64,000 bases of DNA from Candidatus Daviesbacteria bacterium (GCA_016184225.1 JACPDA010000004.1:538763-602762), one strand, 5' to 3'. Counted from the first letter of the stretch, positions 29,852 to 38,339 are shown. Notes: a model not told the origin generated them from the sequence alone. Program-made: numbers and translations.

Positions 29852-30990
29852 AGGTTTTTAAGACCTGGGGAATTTTTCTTTGCCAGGTCCAGAAGAAACT
29901 CTAAGGCCTTTGGGGTATTTAGGTTATTGTCTAAAATGGCAGTAAATTGCTGGATAAGAGAACCAGATTGCTTCGTCGTTTCACTCCTCGCAATGACAGA
30001 TTCTATAGTCTCAACTTTTTTTTGGGCTTGGATTAGGTTTTTCTCTTTGTATTCCCAGTTTTTGTTCCAGTGGTGGGAGAGTAGTAGCCAGCGGATAGCA
30101 TTGGGGGAGTATTTTTTAAGGAGATCGGAAACCATTACCAAATTTCCTTTGGACTTGCTCATTTTTGCTCCTTGGTAAAAAACTGTGCCGGTATGCATCC
30201 AATACCGAACAAAAGGGATTTTTCCGGTGGCTCCTTCGCTCTGGGCAATTTCCGCTTCGTGGTGGGGGAAGATTAAATCATTGCCTCCGCCGTGAATATC
30301 TATTCTCTCTCCTAAATATTCCATACTCATGGCTGAGCATTCTATATGCCAGCCCGGCCGGCCAGGACCAAAAGGGGAGTTCAAGTGAGGTATATGGGGT
30401 GGTTGGTCAGCGGTGGAGGCCCTCCAGAGGGTAATGTCCAGGGGATACCTTTTTTCCGGACATTCCAGATCCTCATCAAAGTCTAGGGAATCTTTAAACA
30501 TTTGATCCTGAGTGAGCCTGGATAACTTGCCATAATCAGGAAACTTTGCCGTATCCAAATAAACACTGTTGTTAACCCGGTAAGCTAATTCTTTATCCAG
30601 CAGATCCCGGATTAGGTCAACCATGTGGTGGATATGTCTGGAAGCTTTAACATAATGGTTGGGGTGAATCCAATTTAATGAGTGCATGTCTTGCAAAAAT
30701 TTCCTGGTCCAAAAGTCAGCCAACTTTTTCCAGGATATATGCTGCTCCTTGGCCCTATCTAAAATGTCGTGATCACGGTCATTTATGTCTGTAACATTTT
30801 GAGTGTAGGTTACTTGAAACCCCTTAAACTTTAAGTATCGGATGAGCGCGTCAAAAGAAATATAGGTAAAGGCATGGCCCAAGTGGGTGGTGTCATAAGG
30901 GGTAATGCCGCAGACATAGATAGTAACCTTATTTTTATTTAGAGGCTTAAATTCTTCTATTTTGGCGGTTAGGGAATTAAAAATGTTCAC
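29794..30990 (-). CDS. Cysteinyl-tRNA synthetase-like protein (short, MshC-like)
   Basis: CGITPYDTTHLGH, GRPGWHIECSAM, DIHGGG.DL.FPHHE.E, KMSKS. Confidence 0.88.
   Translation of the reverse strand: MNIFNSLTAKIEEFKPLNKNKVTIYVCGITPYDTTHLGHAFTYISFDALIRYLKFKGFQVTYTQNVTDINDRDHDILDRAKEQHISWKKLADFWTRKFLQDMHSLNWIHPNHYVKASRHIHHMVDLIRDLLDKELAYRVNNSVYLDTAKFPDYGKLSRLTQDQMFKDSLDFDEDLECPEKRYPLDITLWRASTADQPPHIPHLNSPFGPGRPGWHIECSAMSMEYLGERIDIHGGGNDLIFPHHEAEIAQSEGATGKIPFVRYWMHTGTVFYQGAKMSKSKGNLVMVSDLLKKYSPNAIRWLLLSHHWNKNWEYKEKNLIQAQKKVETIESVIARSETTKQSGSLIQQFTAILDNNLNTPKALEFLLDLAKKNSPGLKNLYSILGFRTDALSKRIAGS
29965..29998 (-). repeat. TGTCATT-type half element in frame in the CysRS-like gene
   Basis: Minus strand tgtcattgcgaggagtgaaacgacgaagcaatct; encodes VIARSETTKQS. 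Confidence 0.7.
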
Positions 30991-31192
30991 TCACCATTGA
31001 TTTCAATAAGGATTCCGGCTCCTTCCAAATCCTCTCTGCCCTAAACCGCTCCGATGTATATTTATCCTTGTGAGTATCACACATATCAGCTATTGGGTTA
31101 TTGGGTTGTTCTTTGACATCAAATAAATGCCATTTAGCCTTTTCAGGGCACTTAGGTTCATTGCATGGTTTTGGTTCTCTTTCACTCTTCAT
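30977..31192 (-). CDS. Small Cys/His hypothetical protein
   Basis: C-x4-C...C-x2-H possible zinc site; overlaps its neighbours as in an operon. Confidence 0.5.
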   Translation of the reverse strand: MKSEREPKPCNEPKCPEKAKWHLFDVKEQPNNPIADMCDTHKDKYTSERFRAERIWKEPESLLKSMVSEHF

Positions 31193-31409
31193 GGTTCACT
31201 TTCGGGTTAACCCAAGGGATTACCTGAAATCTTGGCAATTCAGGAGCGTCTACTGTAGTAAAAGTCCTAGGCCCTAAATCTTCCATGATTGGCCGGAAAA
31301 GTATTCTTTTGGCAGTAATGGGTTTTAAAGCCTCTCCTGCATCAGTACAAGGCCGGGAGATAATCACCTCTTTTTCAATACGAATATAGCCCACAACTCT
31401 TTCAGACAT
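31182..31409 (-). CDS. Small hypothetical protein
   Basis: ORF in series with downstream genes; ATG 31409 preferred over GTG 31457. Confidence 0.4.
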   Translation of the reverse strand: MSERVVGYIRIEKEVIISRPCTDAGEALKPITAKRILFRPIMEDLGPRTFTTVDAPELPRFQVIPWVNPKVNHEE

Positions 31410-31562
31410 ATGATATTTTGAAAATCCTACATTGGCAGAAGATGACAGGGTAGGCACAATAGTATTACTTATATCATATCAGCCAGCGTATATCAAGAAT
31501 CAGTAGGTTTAAAGATGCGTGAATATTTTGTATAATACAATCTGCTCTCTCCAAAATTCTAC

Positions 31563-31611
31563 GGGCCGGTAGCTCAGCCCCGATTAAATCGGGGTCAGCG
31601 GTAGAGCAGGA
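31563..31611 (+). pseudogene. Duplicated 5' fragment of tRNA-Lys interrupted by a 21-nt insertion
   Basis: gggccggtagctcag[insert]cggtagagcagga equals 31801-31828 once 21 nt are removed. Confidence 0.88.
31574..31598. repeat. 17-bp palindrome with 4-bp duplication in the tRNA-Lys fragment
   Basis: tcag-ccccgattaaatcgggg-tcag. Confidence 0.9.
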
Positions 31612-31617
31612 TTGTGT

Positions 31618-31810
31618 ATGTTTTACATGTATATACTAAAAAGCCTTGATGAACGGTACTATATCGGTTCAACAAATGATTTAGTATGAGTTAGTTCATA
31701 AAGAAGAGTATGAAACACTTATTGAAGCAAGAGAACGAGAGAAGAAGCTTAAGTCATATAAAAGTAAAAAATATATAAAATGGTTAGTTAGTAAAAATTT
31801 GGGCCGGTAG
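31618..31810 (+). pseudogene. GIY-YIG nuclease remnant with internal deletion and frameshift
   Basis: MFYMYILKS..RYYIGSTNDL, then in another frame YELVHKEEY....AREREKKLKSYK; the central R..H segment is missing. Confidence 0.8.
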
Positions 31811-31872
31811 CTCAGCGGTAGAGCAGGAGCCTTTTAAGCTCTTGGTCCAGGGTTCGATTCCCTGCCGGCTCA
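31801..31872 (+). tRNA. tRNA-Lys(TTT)
   Basis: Acceptor gggccgg/ccggctc, anticodon arm ggagc-cttttaa-gctct, T arm caggg-ttcgatt-ccctg. Confidence 0.92.
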
Positions 31873-31875
31873 CAG

Positions 31876-32838
31876 ATGATCACACAAATCAACTGGGTTG
31901 ATTTTGTAATTGCCGGTATACTACTGGCCTTTGCCCTAGAGGCTGTGGGCAGGCCCCTGATTTTGGAGCTTTTGGACCTGACCAGTTTTGTTTTGGCCGG
32001 CCTGCTATCTTTTAACTACTATAACCTGCCGGCCAGGTTTTTTGAGAGCCGGTTTAGCGTTCCCCACGGCTTGAGTTTAGTTTTAGGTTTTATGGCGGTT
32101 TGGTTTTTATCAGAAGTAGTTTTTTATTTGTTGGCCAGGCTCTTTTTACAAAGGACAACCAGGCTTAAGGTTCCCGCATCCAGGGCTTTATCGGCGATAC
32201 CGGCGTTGCTTCGGGGGTTAATATTCGTGGCCTTAGCCTTGGTTATGGTGGCCACTTTCCCTATTCAGCCGGCCGTCAAAAAAGCTGTTTTAGATTCAAG
32301 GATAGGCAGCCAAATTTTAAGGTATGCATATGCTCTGGAGCAGCCTGTCAAGCAAGTCTTCGGCGGGGTAGCCAATGATTCCCTCACCTTTCTGACGATC
32401 AAGCCTAAGACCGACCAACGGGTGGACTTAGGTTTTCAAACCAGTGAGTTTTCTGTTGATGAGAAATCAGAGGTAGCAATGGTTAACTTAGTTAATAAGG
32501 AAAGAGCTGCCAGGGGGTTAAAAGCGCTAACTTTAGATGTGCGGCTTCGGGCTATAGCCAGGGACTATAGCGGCGATATGTTCCGTAGAGGATATTTTTC
32601 CCACTATTCTCCGGAAGGGTTATCTGTAGCAGACCGGGTTTTAAATGCGGGAATTGACTTTTTGGTAGTGGGAGAAAACCTGGCTTATGCGCCGGATGTG
32701 GTATCAGCGCATAAAGGATTTATGAATTCGGAAGGCCACCGGGCCAATATTTTATCGGAAGATTATTCTAAGGTGGGGATAGGCGTAATGGATGGAGGTG
32801 TGTATGGCCGGATGTTTACCCAGGTATTTGCGAACTAG
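31876..32838 (+). CDS. CvpA-like membrane domain fused to CAP (SCP) domain
   Basis: N-terminal NWVD plus TM helices; VNKER...GL, YFSH, GENLA, MNSEGHRANIL. Confidence 0.85.
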   Translation: MITQINWVDFVIAGILLAFALEAVGRPLILELLDLTSFVLAGLLSFNYYNLPARFFESRFSVPHGLSLVLGFMAVWFLSEVVFYLLARLFLQRTTRLKVPASRALSAIPALLRGLIFVALALVMVATFPIQPAVKKAVLDSRIGSQILRYAYALEQPVKQVFGGVANDSLTFLTIKPKTDQRVDLGFQTSEFSVDEKSEVAMVNLVNKERAARGLKALTLDVRLRAIARDYSGDMFRRGYFSHYSPEGLSVADRVLNAGIDFLVVGENLAYAPDVVSAHKGFMNSEGHRANILSEDYSKVGIGVMDGGVYGRMFTQVFAN

Positions 32839-32876
32839 ACGGTAGATGATAGAAGTTGGAAGATAGATTGTTGAAG

Positions 32877-33455
32877 ATGGAAGATAGAAGTTGGAATACG
32901 AGATTACTGATTGGTTTAAGTTTAGTAATTTTATTTTTAGGAGTTGGTTTTTTATGGTTTGGGTTAAATCCTAAGACGTTGGAGCAACCCACCCTGTCTT
33001 TAGAAGCTACCCAGCAGGCCACTGGTTCTGCCACGCAAGGAGTGGAGGGAGAAAGAGCTTTGGTGACTAAGGTGGTGGATGGTGATACCATTGTGGTAAA
33101 CGGCGAACAAACAATCCGTCTTATAGGGATAGATACGCCTGAAACAGTTGATCCGCGCCGCCCGGTTGCCTGTTTCGGAAAGGAAGCCAGTAGCGAAACT
33201 AAAAGCTTGTTGTCCGGAAAAGAGGTGATTCTGCAGAAAGATGTTTCAGAAATTGATAAATATAAAAGGCTGCTGCGCTATGTTTTCCTGCCGCTTCCCT
33301 CCGGGCAAACGCTGTTTGTTAATGATTATTTAGTGAGGGAGGGATTTGCCAAAGTCTTAACTTATCCCCCTGATGTTAAATATAACACCCAGTTCAGGCA
33401 GGCGGAGACAGAGGCCAGGGAAGAAAACCGGGGGTTGTGGGGCAGATGCAGGTAG
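32877..33455 (+). CDS. Thermonuclease (SNase) family protein
   Basis: VVDGDTI, IRLIGIDTPE, DKY.RLLRYV, RGLW; start lies inside a heptamer array. Confidence 0.92.
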   Translation: MEDRSWNTRLLIGLSLVILFLGVGFLWFGLNPKTLEQPTLSLEATQQATGSATQGVEGERALVTKVVDGDTIVVNGEQTIRLIGIDTPETVDPRRPVACFGKEASSETKSLLSGKEVILQKDVSEIDKYKRLLRYVFLPLPSGQTLFVNDYLVREGFAKVLTYPPDVKYNTQFRQAETEAREENRGLWGRCR

Positions 33456-33474
33456 TATGATAAACTAAGGTAAA

Positions 33475-33960
33475 ATGAAAAAATTCATTTTTCAGTTTGC
33501 GCTTTTAGTGATAGGTATTTTTGCGGTACTATTTTTTTATCAAAAAAACCCAGACCTCTCGGGATTACCGTTTGTGCCTGAGCGGTCGGTATTTAAGGAA
33601 CTGCAGATTAATAGCGTCAAGCTTAAAGTTGAGATAGCGGATACTCAAAGCAAAAGAAGCAAAGGCTTGGGAGGAAGAGAAGCTTTGGCATCCGATGAGG
33701 GGATGTTATTTATCTTTCCAAAAACGGAAAGGCACCCCTTTTGGATGAAGGGCTTAAGTTTCCCGTTAGATTTTATTTGGATCAGGGGAGAGGTAGTGGT
33801 AGATCTGTTCCAAAATATACAGCCTCCAACCCCGGACCAGCCTGATGAGTCGCTGCCCATCTATCAATCAAAAGAAGAGGTGGATCAGGTTTTGGAAGTT
33901 TTGGGCGGGACAGCAGCGGGGTTGAAACTTAAAATAGGAGATATGGTAAAGGTAATATGA
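33475..33960 (+). CDS. DUF192 family protein
   Basis: VEIADT...R.KGL, GMLFIF, FWMK...FPLDFIWI, VLEV. Confidence 0.9.
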   Translation: MKKFIFQFALLVIGIFAVLFFYQKNPDLSGLPFVPERSVFKELQINSVKLKVEIADTQSKRSKGLGGREALASDEGMLFIFPKTERHPFWMKGLSFPLDFIWIRGEVVVDLFQNIQPPTPDQPDESLPIYQSKEEVDQVLEVLGGTAAGLKLKIGDMVKVI

Positions 33961-35696
33961 CGGAAATTCTGCCCATCAGATTATTGCGGGACGAGGACAG
34001 TTTGATTTTTGGGTCATTAAACGTATCTTTGGGAAAACTGGCAAGAATGGATTTTCCGGTTGCGCCTGGTATTGCAGTTACACCACCCACCTTAAAACTT
34101 AAAACTACTTTAGAGAGTTTTGACTTTGGCAGAAAAGAAGTCTTTCAGCAAACCCTTACTTTGGTTAAAATTAAGATAAATAAAATCCCGGTGCCGGAAG
34201 TTTTGATTCGTGAAGCCGGCAATCATAAGGTATTTTTTTTAGACGGAAGGAAAATTAAAGGGCTTAAGGCTTTGTGGGTCGATCTTTTGGACTTTTGGTT
34301 GGAACAGCTTAAAACCAGGCTTTGGAATGGTGGATTTTATCCCGGTATCACGGAAAACTTAAGCCCAAAAGTGGTGGCCTTTGTTAACAATCCGGAAGCC
34401 TTTGTTACCTCCTATGAAGACAATTTGCAGGATGATGTGGTAGTAAATACCAAATCAGGCAAGTTACACCCCACTGATTTGAAGAAAATAGTGGAATTAA
34501 CAGAGTTAGCTGATAAAAAACTGTTTATCCCTAATGAATATGAGTGGGTAGTAGACAGGGGGGTTAAGCTGGTGGGGATAAAGCCATATACTCCAAACCA
34601 TGTCATTCCGGGGACGAACGAAGTGAGAACTCCGGAATCTGATTCTGGACGCGCTGCGCTTGCCAGAATGACAGAAAGTAAAAGCAAAAGTGCTGTTAAA
34701 GTTTTTTTTGATTTATCTCAAGGGTTGGTGGTTGAGAAAGATGTGGACCCCGATTCAATCGGGGTGGACGGAGTTTATATTGCTTCCGAGAAAATTTTTG
34801 ACTTAAACAAGCCTCACGAATCCTTTGATAATCTGGTTTTTAAATTAGTAGAATCTGCTATGACTTTCCCTGACTCTCCTGTTCTTTTTAAATTGGCAGA
34901 TAAATCAGAGGGGATGGGTAAAGTCCGGGGAGCCTTGCGGCTAATTCACCAAAAGAATCTTCTTGATCCATTGTTGGATGCTTTAGATTTTGCCCGCCAT
35001 AAAAGGGGTCTTAATAATATCCATATAGTTATCCCTTTTGTCCGGGGAGTGGGTGAGCTTTTACAGGTTAAAAGAGAGTTGGCCACCAAAAAGCTGATGA
35101 GGAAAGCCTCTTTGCAATACTGGATGGAAGTGGCAATTCCGGAGAACATTATTAATATGGAAGATTATCTTTTGAGCGGGATTGACGGGGTAGTCTTAAA
35201 CTTAAATGAGCTGTTAGCCCATTTAAATGGGTTTGATCCGGCGGAGCCGGAGCTGTCTTTATACAAAAATGAAGTTAGTGGATTAATTAAATTTTTGGAA
35301 GACGGCATTAGGCTTTTGCACAAATCCCAGGTTCCCTTTATAGCTTATGGCAGTTTAAGCCTCTATCCAAAGGTTTTAGAGTTTTTGGTGGGAAAAGGGG
35401 TCTATGGGGTGGTGGTGGAGAAGTACGAAGCCCACTCAGCCCATGACCTGCTACATCAGACAGAAAAAAAGGCTGATTTTAAGAAGGTCAGTTTGACTCA
35501 CCTCGAAGGTGAAGGAAATGCGGTTACACCTTCGAGGTGGAATAAAAGGACATATTCTCCTTTGGGTCCGCCAGTTGGCGGGTTGAGCTCTTCCAGCCAC
35601 TTTGTGATAGGTTTTGATTCCACACTCTGGTGGATTTTGGTAAGTTCATGGGCTAGTACTATTTCCATATTTCCAAAAACTTCTTTCATGTCCTGA
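33957..35696 (+). CDS. Degenerate PEP-synthase/PEP-utilising-like protein; true end probably 35496
   Basis: N-terminus resembles PpsA (SLGKL...FPVAPG); C-terminal half resembles the PEP-binding barrel (IPFVR, MEVAIP); tail probably extended by an extra A in the A7 run. Confidence 0.65.
   Translation: MTEILPIRLLRDEDSLIFGSLNVSLGKLARMDFPVAPGIAVTPPTLKLKTTLESFDFGRKEVFQQTLTLVKIKINKIPVPEVLIREAGNHKVFFLDGRKIKGLKALWVDLLDFWLEQLKTRLWNGGFYPGITENLSPKVVAFVNNPEAFVTSYEDNLQDDVVVNTKSGKLHPTDLKKIVELTELADKKLFIPNEYEWVVDRGVKLVGIKPYTPNHVIPGTNEVRTPESDSGRAALARMTESKSKSAVKVFFDLSQGLVVEKDVDPDSIGVDGVYIASEKIFDLNKPHESFDNLVFKLVESAMTFPDSPVLFKLADKSEGMGKVRGALRLIHQKNLLDPLLDALDFARHKRGLNNIHIVIPFVRGVGELLQVKRELATKKLMRKASLQYWMEVAIPENIINMEDYLLSGIDGVVLNLNELLAHLNGFDPAEPELSLYKNEVSGLIKFLEDGIRLLHKSQVPFIAYGSLSLYPKVLEFLVGKGVYGVVVEKYEAHSAHDLLHQTEKKADFKKVSLTHLEGEGNAVTPSRWNKRTYSPLGPPVGGLSSSSHFVIGFDSTLWWILVSSWASTISIFPKTSFMS
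34601..34673. repeat. 73-bp TGTCATT...AATGACA element in frame
   Basis: Terminal inverted repeats plus two internal hairpins (attccgg/ccggaat, attctgg/ccagaat). Confidence 0.8.
34744..34768. repeat. 17-bp palindrome with 4-bp duplication in the PEP-utilising-like gene
   Basis: tgga-ccccgattcaatcgggg-tgga. Confidence 0.9.
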
Positions 35697-36244
35697 AGTG
35701 ATTTAATCAACTTATGGGGAGCTACAAAAATAATATAAGTCAGTTTCAACCCCAGTTCACCTGGAAGGTGTCTGTGTTGTTCACCTTCCAGGTGTAGCTT
35801 GGAAAGTTTTTTTAGTAGATCCATTCTGTGGCCAGGTTTCTCCGGCAAGTACCCTAAAAACATAAATTTATCAGGTGGCAATCCTGACAGTGTTAAGGCC
35901 GTGATCACGGAGGATGGACCTGGGAGGGAATCAACCTGAATCCCCTGGTGTAAGCATTCCCTTACTAGTTTGAAACCAGGGTCACAGATGAGTGGTGTCC
36001 CGGCATCAGAAACCAGAGCCAGGTTCTGTCCGGATTTTAACCTGTCAATAATCTGCGGAAAACTTTTCGATTCGTTGTAGTCATTCAAAATAATGAGCGG
36101 TTTCTTGATTTGGTAGTGATTTAAAAGAAGGGAGGTTCTTCTGGTATCTTCGCAAATTACGGCGTCCACAGACTGCAAGGTTTCCAAAACCCTTAAGGTG
36201 ATATCTTTTAAATTACCGATAGGCGTAGGCACAATGTATAGCAT
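35498..36244 (-). CDS. rsmI: 16S rRNA (cytidine-2'-O)-methyltransferase RsmI
   Basis: LYIVPTPIGNL.DIT.R, CEDTR, VSDAGTP.I.DPG, ELTKIH, KGE. Confidence 0.95.
   Translation of the reverse strand: MLYIVPTPIGNLKDITLRVLETLQSVDAVICEDTRRTSLLLNHYQIKKPLIILNDYNESKSFPQIIDRLKSGQNLALVSDAGTPLICDPGFKLVRECLHQGIQVDSLPGPSSVITALTLSGLPPDKFMFLGYLPEKPGHRMDLLKKLSKLHLEGEQHRHLPGELGLKLTYIIFVAPHKLIKSLQDMKEVFGNMEIVLAHELTKIHQSVESKPITKWLEELNPPTGGPKGEYVLLFHLEGVTAFPSPSR
35499..35539. repeat. Inverted REP doublet at the rsmI 3' end
   Basis: cacctcgaaggtg-N15-caccttcgaggtg. Confidence 0.88.
35758..35794. repeat. Inverted REP doublet in frame in rsmI
   Basis: cacctggaaggtg-N11-caccttccaggtg; encodes HLEGEQHRHLPGE. Confidence 0.88.
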
Positions 36245-36435
36245 ACCGATGAAAGTATATCATGATCGATGTAAGAGAGAAGTTTTCAGCTGAGGGGTAG
36301 GATCAAGAATTATTTTTAAAGACATTTATTTATGTGTTGTCTTCTTTTTATTCTTAAGTATTAACCTAAAGTTAATTTCCTACCCCCAGCCTGAATGATT
36401 TAAATTTATCACGAAATAAACAAAGATTCTGTTAT

Positions 36436-36822
36436 TTATATCACAGGATTTAAAACGTTTCTGACTTGTTCAACTACATCGGCAAGTTTGACATTGCTTT
36501 TAACCAAAAAATCATAAACCCCGATCTTCATTGCTTCTGAGACTTTTCTCTGGTCATTTAAATTAGACAGGATAATGACAGGTACTCCTTTGCCCCACTC
36601 ATCCCTCCGTAACTTCTTAAGCATAGTCAACCCGTCCATTTTGGGTAAAATAACATCCAGTAAGATTAAGTCCGGACGGTTTTGCAAAGCCAGCCTGATG
36701 CCTGCTTCCGCGCTTTGGGCTGTGTTGACTGCAAACCCGGAGTCTTTAAATTTGTCAGCCAAAAGTTCCAACAGAATAGTTTCATCTTCGATAACCAATA
36801 TTTTCTTCGTTTGTTTTCTCAT
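36436..36822 (-). CDS. Single-domain response regulator
   Basis: ILVIEDE, PDLILLDVILPKMDG, IILSN, FLVK. Confidence 0.92.
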   Translation of the reverse strand: MRKQTKKILVIEDETILLELLADKFKDSGFAVNTAQSAEAGIRLALQNRPDLILLDVILPKMDGLTMLKKLRRDEWGKGVPVIILSNLNDQRKVSEAMKIGVYDFLVKSNVKLADVVEQVRNVLNPVI

Positions 36823-38339
36823 AGAATAATCCTTGCTACTTGTTTTGACTGGATTATCTCCAGCGCCACGGGTAGGATAACAGTAAAGACAGTGCCCTGT
36901 TTTATGCTTGATTTGACCGTAATCTTACCACCCATGTGATTAATAATTCCACTGGTGATATAGAGCCCGAGTCCCGAGCCTTCAAACTTATCCTTGACAT
37001 TGTGCGCCCGGTACATTTTCTGAAATATTCTCTCCTGGGCTCCCTTCGGAATTCCCACACCTGAATCACTAATTTGCAGGATAAGCTCTTTTTCCGTCCT
37101 GGAAATTTTTAAACTGACTGTGCCGCCAGCCGGGGTAAATTTGACTGCATTAGATAAAAGGTTGTGCATAATCATATAGATGGCATTGGAATATGTTTGA
37201 TAAGCCTTGATATCTCTGCCTGAAATAAGTTTAAATTTGATTTTTTTGTCCTTAATCCGGTTTTCTAAATCCTCGATTACATCAGAGGCTATTTTTAAAG
37301 GATTTACTTCCTCATATTTATATGAAAGGATTCCGAACTCCATCCGGGTGGCATCCAGTAAGTCATTGGTAAGCTGGATCATTCTTTGGGTCTGTTCGTA
37401 AATGCGGTCCAGGAATTTTTTCTGCTCCGCAGAATACTTTTGACCTTCTTCGTTCAGTCGCTCCAGGGACCAGGCAACGGCTGAGAGGGGGGTACGCAAG
37501 GTATGGGAAGCAAAGTACAGGAATTCGTCTTTGGCCCGGTCAATGGCTACCTGTTGGCTGACATTCCGGTAAATGTTAACTGCCCCTACCACTGTACCGT
37601 CTAAAATTACCGGCGCTGAGGTGATAAACAGGGGAAGTTTTTCAACACCTTTCCTTATTAGGAAATAAATTCCATGCCCGACCTGGGCAGTAGTTAACGC
37701 CAGCTGGATAGGACGTAAGGCTTTAGGTATTATTTTGCCATGTTCATCTGCCAGTTTAAATTCCGCAAACAGAGACTTTCCTAACACATCCTGGGTTTTC
37801 CAGCCAAATATAGCTTCAGTTTTATTGTTTAAAGCAATGATTTCCCCTTTCTTGTCCATGGCGATTACACCATCGCCAATACTTTCAAGCAGGGCTTTTT
37901 CCTTAACAAATTCTTCCTGCAAAGACCGATTGAGGGTTACCAGTTGGCTGGCACGTTTCGCCAGTTCTGTTTCAGCTTCTGTGTACTCGGTTATATCATG
38001 CTGGATTTGGACATAAAAAACCGGCTTGCCGTTTTTTTCAATGGGAATGTAACTAGCATTGATTTGATACAAGGAACCGTCTTTGCGTTTATTGATTACC
38101 TCCTTGGTGGTAAAGGGTTTTCCACTCATTAGTGCTTGATAGAGCGCCCGGTACACCCGCAAGGGAGTTTGACCGCTTTTTAAAATACGGGGATTTTTAC
38201 CTTTGACTTCCGCTAATTTATAACCGGTTAATCTCTCAAAAGCAGGATTAATATAAACAATATCCGGGTTAGTGTCTGTGATAACAACCGCCTCGGGCAG
38301 TATTTTTAATGCCGGTAAATAATCTAAAGGGTGGTTCAT
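36819..38339 (-). CDS. PAS-PAS sensor histidine kinase
   Basis: Two PAS/PAC domains, SHTLRTPL, NLLSNAVKF, DSGVGI, GSGLGL. Confidence 0.93.
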   Translation of the reverse strand: MNHPLDYLPALKILPEAVVITDTNPDIVYINPAFERLTGYKLAEVKGKNPRILKSGQTPLRVYRALYQALMSGKPFTTKEVINKRKDGSLYQINASYIPIEKNGKPVFYVQIQHDITEYTEAETELAKRASQLVTLNRSLQEEFVKEKALLESIGDGVIAMDKKGEIIALNNKTEAIFGWKTQDVLGKSLFAEFKLADEHGKIIPKALRPIQLALTTAQVGHGIYFLIRKGVEKLPLFITSAPVILDGTVVGAVNIYRNVSQQVAIDRAKDEFLYFASHTLRTPLSAVAWSLERLNEEGQKYSAEQKKFLDRIYEQTQRMIQLTNDLLDATRMEFGILSYKYEEVNPLKIASDVIEDLENRIKDKKIKFKLISGRDIKAYQTYSNAIYMIMHNLLSNAVKFTPAGGTVSLKISRTEKELILQISDSGVGIPKGAQERIFQKMYRAHNVKDKFEGSGLGLYITSGIINHMGGKITVKSSIKQGTVFTVILPVALEIIQSKQVARIIL

